The notes under the pieces are model-generated. The model saw nothing but the letters and a program-made list of their open reading frames with translations. It made no database searches and was not told where the DNA came from. Positions 31,603-34,176 of a DNA stretch of 34,176 bases are shown here, piece by piece; within the stretch, counting starts at the first letter, position 1, and every line of letters starts with the position of its first letter. The stretch is from Macrostomum lignano (taxonomy: Eukaryota). The stretch covers positions 1 to 34,176 of the forward strand of contig NIVC01002386.1 in NCBI GenBank assembly GCA_002269645.1. Reading direction: 5' to 3'. A program made the position numbers and the translations under genes.

Positions 31603-32346
31603 TTGGCCTGTACGTAAGCCTTGAGCCATGGAGCGTTGTTTTGTCAATTTAATCTTGCGTTGGCTCATTACTGTACATTTAATATACGCTCGTACAGAGT
31701 TGAACTTTATCTCACTTCAAACTATGTTGTTAATCCAGGAAACTGTGCCATATGCCTTACCTATAGTTCTGGAGAAATGCATTTAATCCGTGACAATTTT
31801 TTCCGCGAACCTGCATGTATATGAAGCAACGCATGCAAGTGAATGAAGTTCAATAATAGCGGTGCCTTGCTGAGGCTTTTGCCAGAGCGATATTGCGATG
31901 CTTCCCTGAAGTTAAAGATCTTTAGATATCTGCTTTTTGTTGCTATTGGAGATGTATATTTATCACAATGTCCCCAAAAACTACCAACAACAGACGCAGT
32001 CCAAAAGGGTCTGAAAGTTCAAGGGAAATTCGGCCTCATCTGGTGGTGTCGGTATGAAAAAATCTAAAAATAAATTCATCCAACGGCTAATAAACTCTGT
32101 GATGCTATTAAACAAACTACAAACTCGTATATATGATGCTGTACATGCATAATAACTGTTGTTCCTTAGCGACGATTCAATTCAAATTGAATAACACAGA
32201 GCCCAAGCACATGACTAATTTGAATGCGGAACAGTGACGCTTTCAGCTGTTATTGATAAAGCGTGCCGAAATACTGCGGAACAGATGATAAATCAGATAC
32301 ACAACAAAAGTGTATTTTGCAATCCGATTTATTCAAGAAGTTTACA

Positions 32347-32797
32347 ACAGATCACAAATACGAGAATAACTACATGGGCCACTCAGCACATTTGCATGCA
32401 AGCTACTTTCAGTTCAGTAGTAAGGTAAACAGAAGCATTTTTATGCATTTTTAAAACCAACTTGGCTCTTACCCCAGCTTAAACCCTCCAACTGCTCCTT
32501 TCCATTCTACCCCGCCCCCGCCTGCCCCAATTTTTATTGCCTTTCTCGGAATTCAGCATAAAGCTGCTATGTACATTTCAGTGGACTGGCTAATGTACAT
32601 TACTCCTGAACAATTAGCAAGTTGTTTACGCCTGCAAGCTTGGCTTCTAAACCTATCAAAGTCATTTCAGCTGCCTTTCTTATATATTTTTATAAAATAG
32701 CTTATGCATTCTTATTTGCTACTGAACTGAAAGTAGAAAGCTGTTTTACTAAGCATATATGCCTGTGCAGCCCATCTAGTTATTTTTGTATCTGTAC
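32347..32797. mobile_element. MITE-like element, copy 2
   Basis: Colinear, visibly similar copy of 2141-2604; perfect 18-bp inverted pair at 32403-32420 / 32719-32736. Confidence 0.7.
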
Positions 32798-33419
32798 AAC
32801 ACAAAACATTTGACAATTAGACACAAGCAAAGAGGAAAAGGGGATAGATTGAAAACGGTATCTAAAAGCTTTAGGTTTGACACACTCAAAGACAGATTTA
32901 GTGTAGTTCAAGCCAGTACACTAATGAGAATAAGTTCGACTAGCTGTTTATTACGGTACGAGCGTAAAGACAAAATCTCACAAATGCGTTTTTTAAATTG
33001 CAGTATTTTTATGAGAAATCTAAATTGCAAAAATATGAAACACAATAAACACTGAATTATTTGGATTGTGGATTTTGATATTTTGTAAACCTTTGGACCA
33101 GAGAAATTTTCGAATGAATTTATCGGTTATAACTAATTTATCTTGAGACAAACAATAGTAAAACAACAACTATTGGATATTGAATAGAAAGCGAAACATC
33201 AAATAAAACAATTAGAAAACTTAAGGGCGCGACTCCCCTTTATTTGTGTTATTTAACGCTGATAAGAAGACGTCGCAGATGCTCGTCAATCACTCAATCA
33301 GGGGCCAGTTTGTTGGGAATTCTGAAATTCAATTTACAAATTGCTTTTTCGGTAGATCAGGAGTCGGAAAACTTTATTTACCCGAGGGCCAGATAGGGAA
33401 GCTAGCGCATGACTGCAGG

Positions 33420-34020
33420 CTAGAGGAGGGGAAAAGAGGAGAGGGAATAAAGGAGAAGAGAGGAGTGGAAAGATAAATAAGAGAGGAGAAGGGAGAAAAG
33501 GGAGAGGAGAGAAGAGAGGAAAGGAGAGAAGAGGAGAGGAGAGAGGAAAGGGGAGAAGAGGAGAGGAGAGAAAAAAGGAGGAGGAGAGAAGAGGAGAGAG
33601 GAAAGGAAGAAGAGGAGAGAGGAAAGGAGAGAAGAGGAGGAGAAGGAGAAGAGGAGAGAGGAAAGGAGAGAAGAGAGGAAGAAAGGAGAGAAGAGGAGAG
33701 AGGAAAGGAGAGAAGAGGAGGAGAGGAAAGGAGAGAAGAGGAGAGGGGAGAGGAAAGGAGAGAAGAGGAGGAGAGAGGAAAGGAGAGAAGAGGAGAGAGG
33801 AAAGGAGAGAAGAGAGAGGAGAGAGGAAAGGAGAGAAGAGGAGAGAGAGAGAAAGGAGAGAAGAGAGGAGAGAGGAAAGGAGAGAAGAGGAGAGGAGAGA
33901 GAAAGGAGAGAAGAGGAGAGAGAGAGAAAGGAGAGAGAGAGGAGAGGAGAGAGGAAGGAGAGAAGAGAGAGGAGAGAGAGGAGGAAGGAGAGAAGAGGAG
34001 AGAGGAAAGAAGAGAGGAGA
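33420..34020 (+). repeat. 600-bp near-pure polypurine (GGAGAGAAGA-type) low-complexity tract
   Basis: Almost only G and A on the plus strand. Confidence 0.95.
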
Positions 34021-34176
34021 TTCGACTAGGGATCTGAGAAGAGACACCAACCTCGAGCGGGCCGGATTGCTATTGTGAAGTTTAAAATAACCCGAGAGCC
34101 GGATGGAGAGGCTTCGCGTAGATCAACATCAACCTCATAAAGAATACTCAAAACACCCTTAGTCTGGAGCACTTAG

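Noticed and set aside
33340-33385. GRSGVGKL, a Walker A-like motif in ORF 33246-33476
   Set aside because: It lacks the Ser/Thr after GK, has no other NTPase motifs or splice support, and the ORF runs into low-complexity sequence.

Overview
This is eukaryotic, intron-rich genomic DNA from an invertebrate animal. GC-rich, poly-Q/poly-A-rich exons sit in AT-rich introns packed with mini- and microsatellites, a style resembling the flatworm Macrostomum (inference only). I reconstructed three conserved multi-exon genes by hand from GT/AG splice sites, intron phase and motifs recalled from their families. (1) A RIM/UNC-10 active-zone gene on the minus strand: 14 exons, 32-11378, with zinc finger, PDZ, C2A, RQLPQLP and C2B, truncated at the left edge. 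It carries several apparent single-base deletions. (2) A TPRG1/TPRG1L (Mover, hSac2-domain) homolog on the minus strand, 19854-21442, whose start exon was not found. (3) A TTLL6/TTLL13-type tubulin polyglutamylase on the plus strand: 11 exons, 23111-29450, intact. There is also an orphan 2-TM ORF (18148-18720), an orphan single-TM terminal exon (31433-31602), two copies of a MITE-like element, and about 9.5 kb of tandem repeats. Most long ORFs in the supplied track are repeat artefacts. No rRNA, tRNA or CRISPR was seen. No clearly new system is demonstrated. The best leads are a Mover homolog near RIM in an invertebrate, a RIM lacking its Rab3/Munc13-binding motifs, intronic CCAAT/GC-box arrays at isoform-boundary positions, and a TM exon that is phase-compatible with TTLL6.
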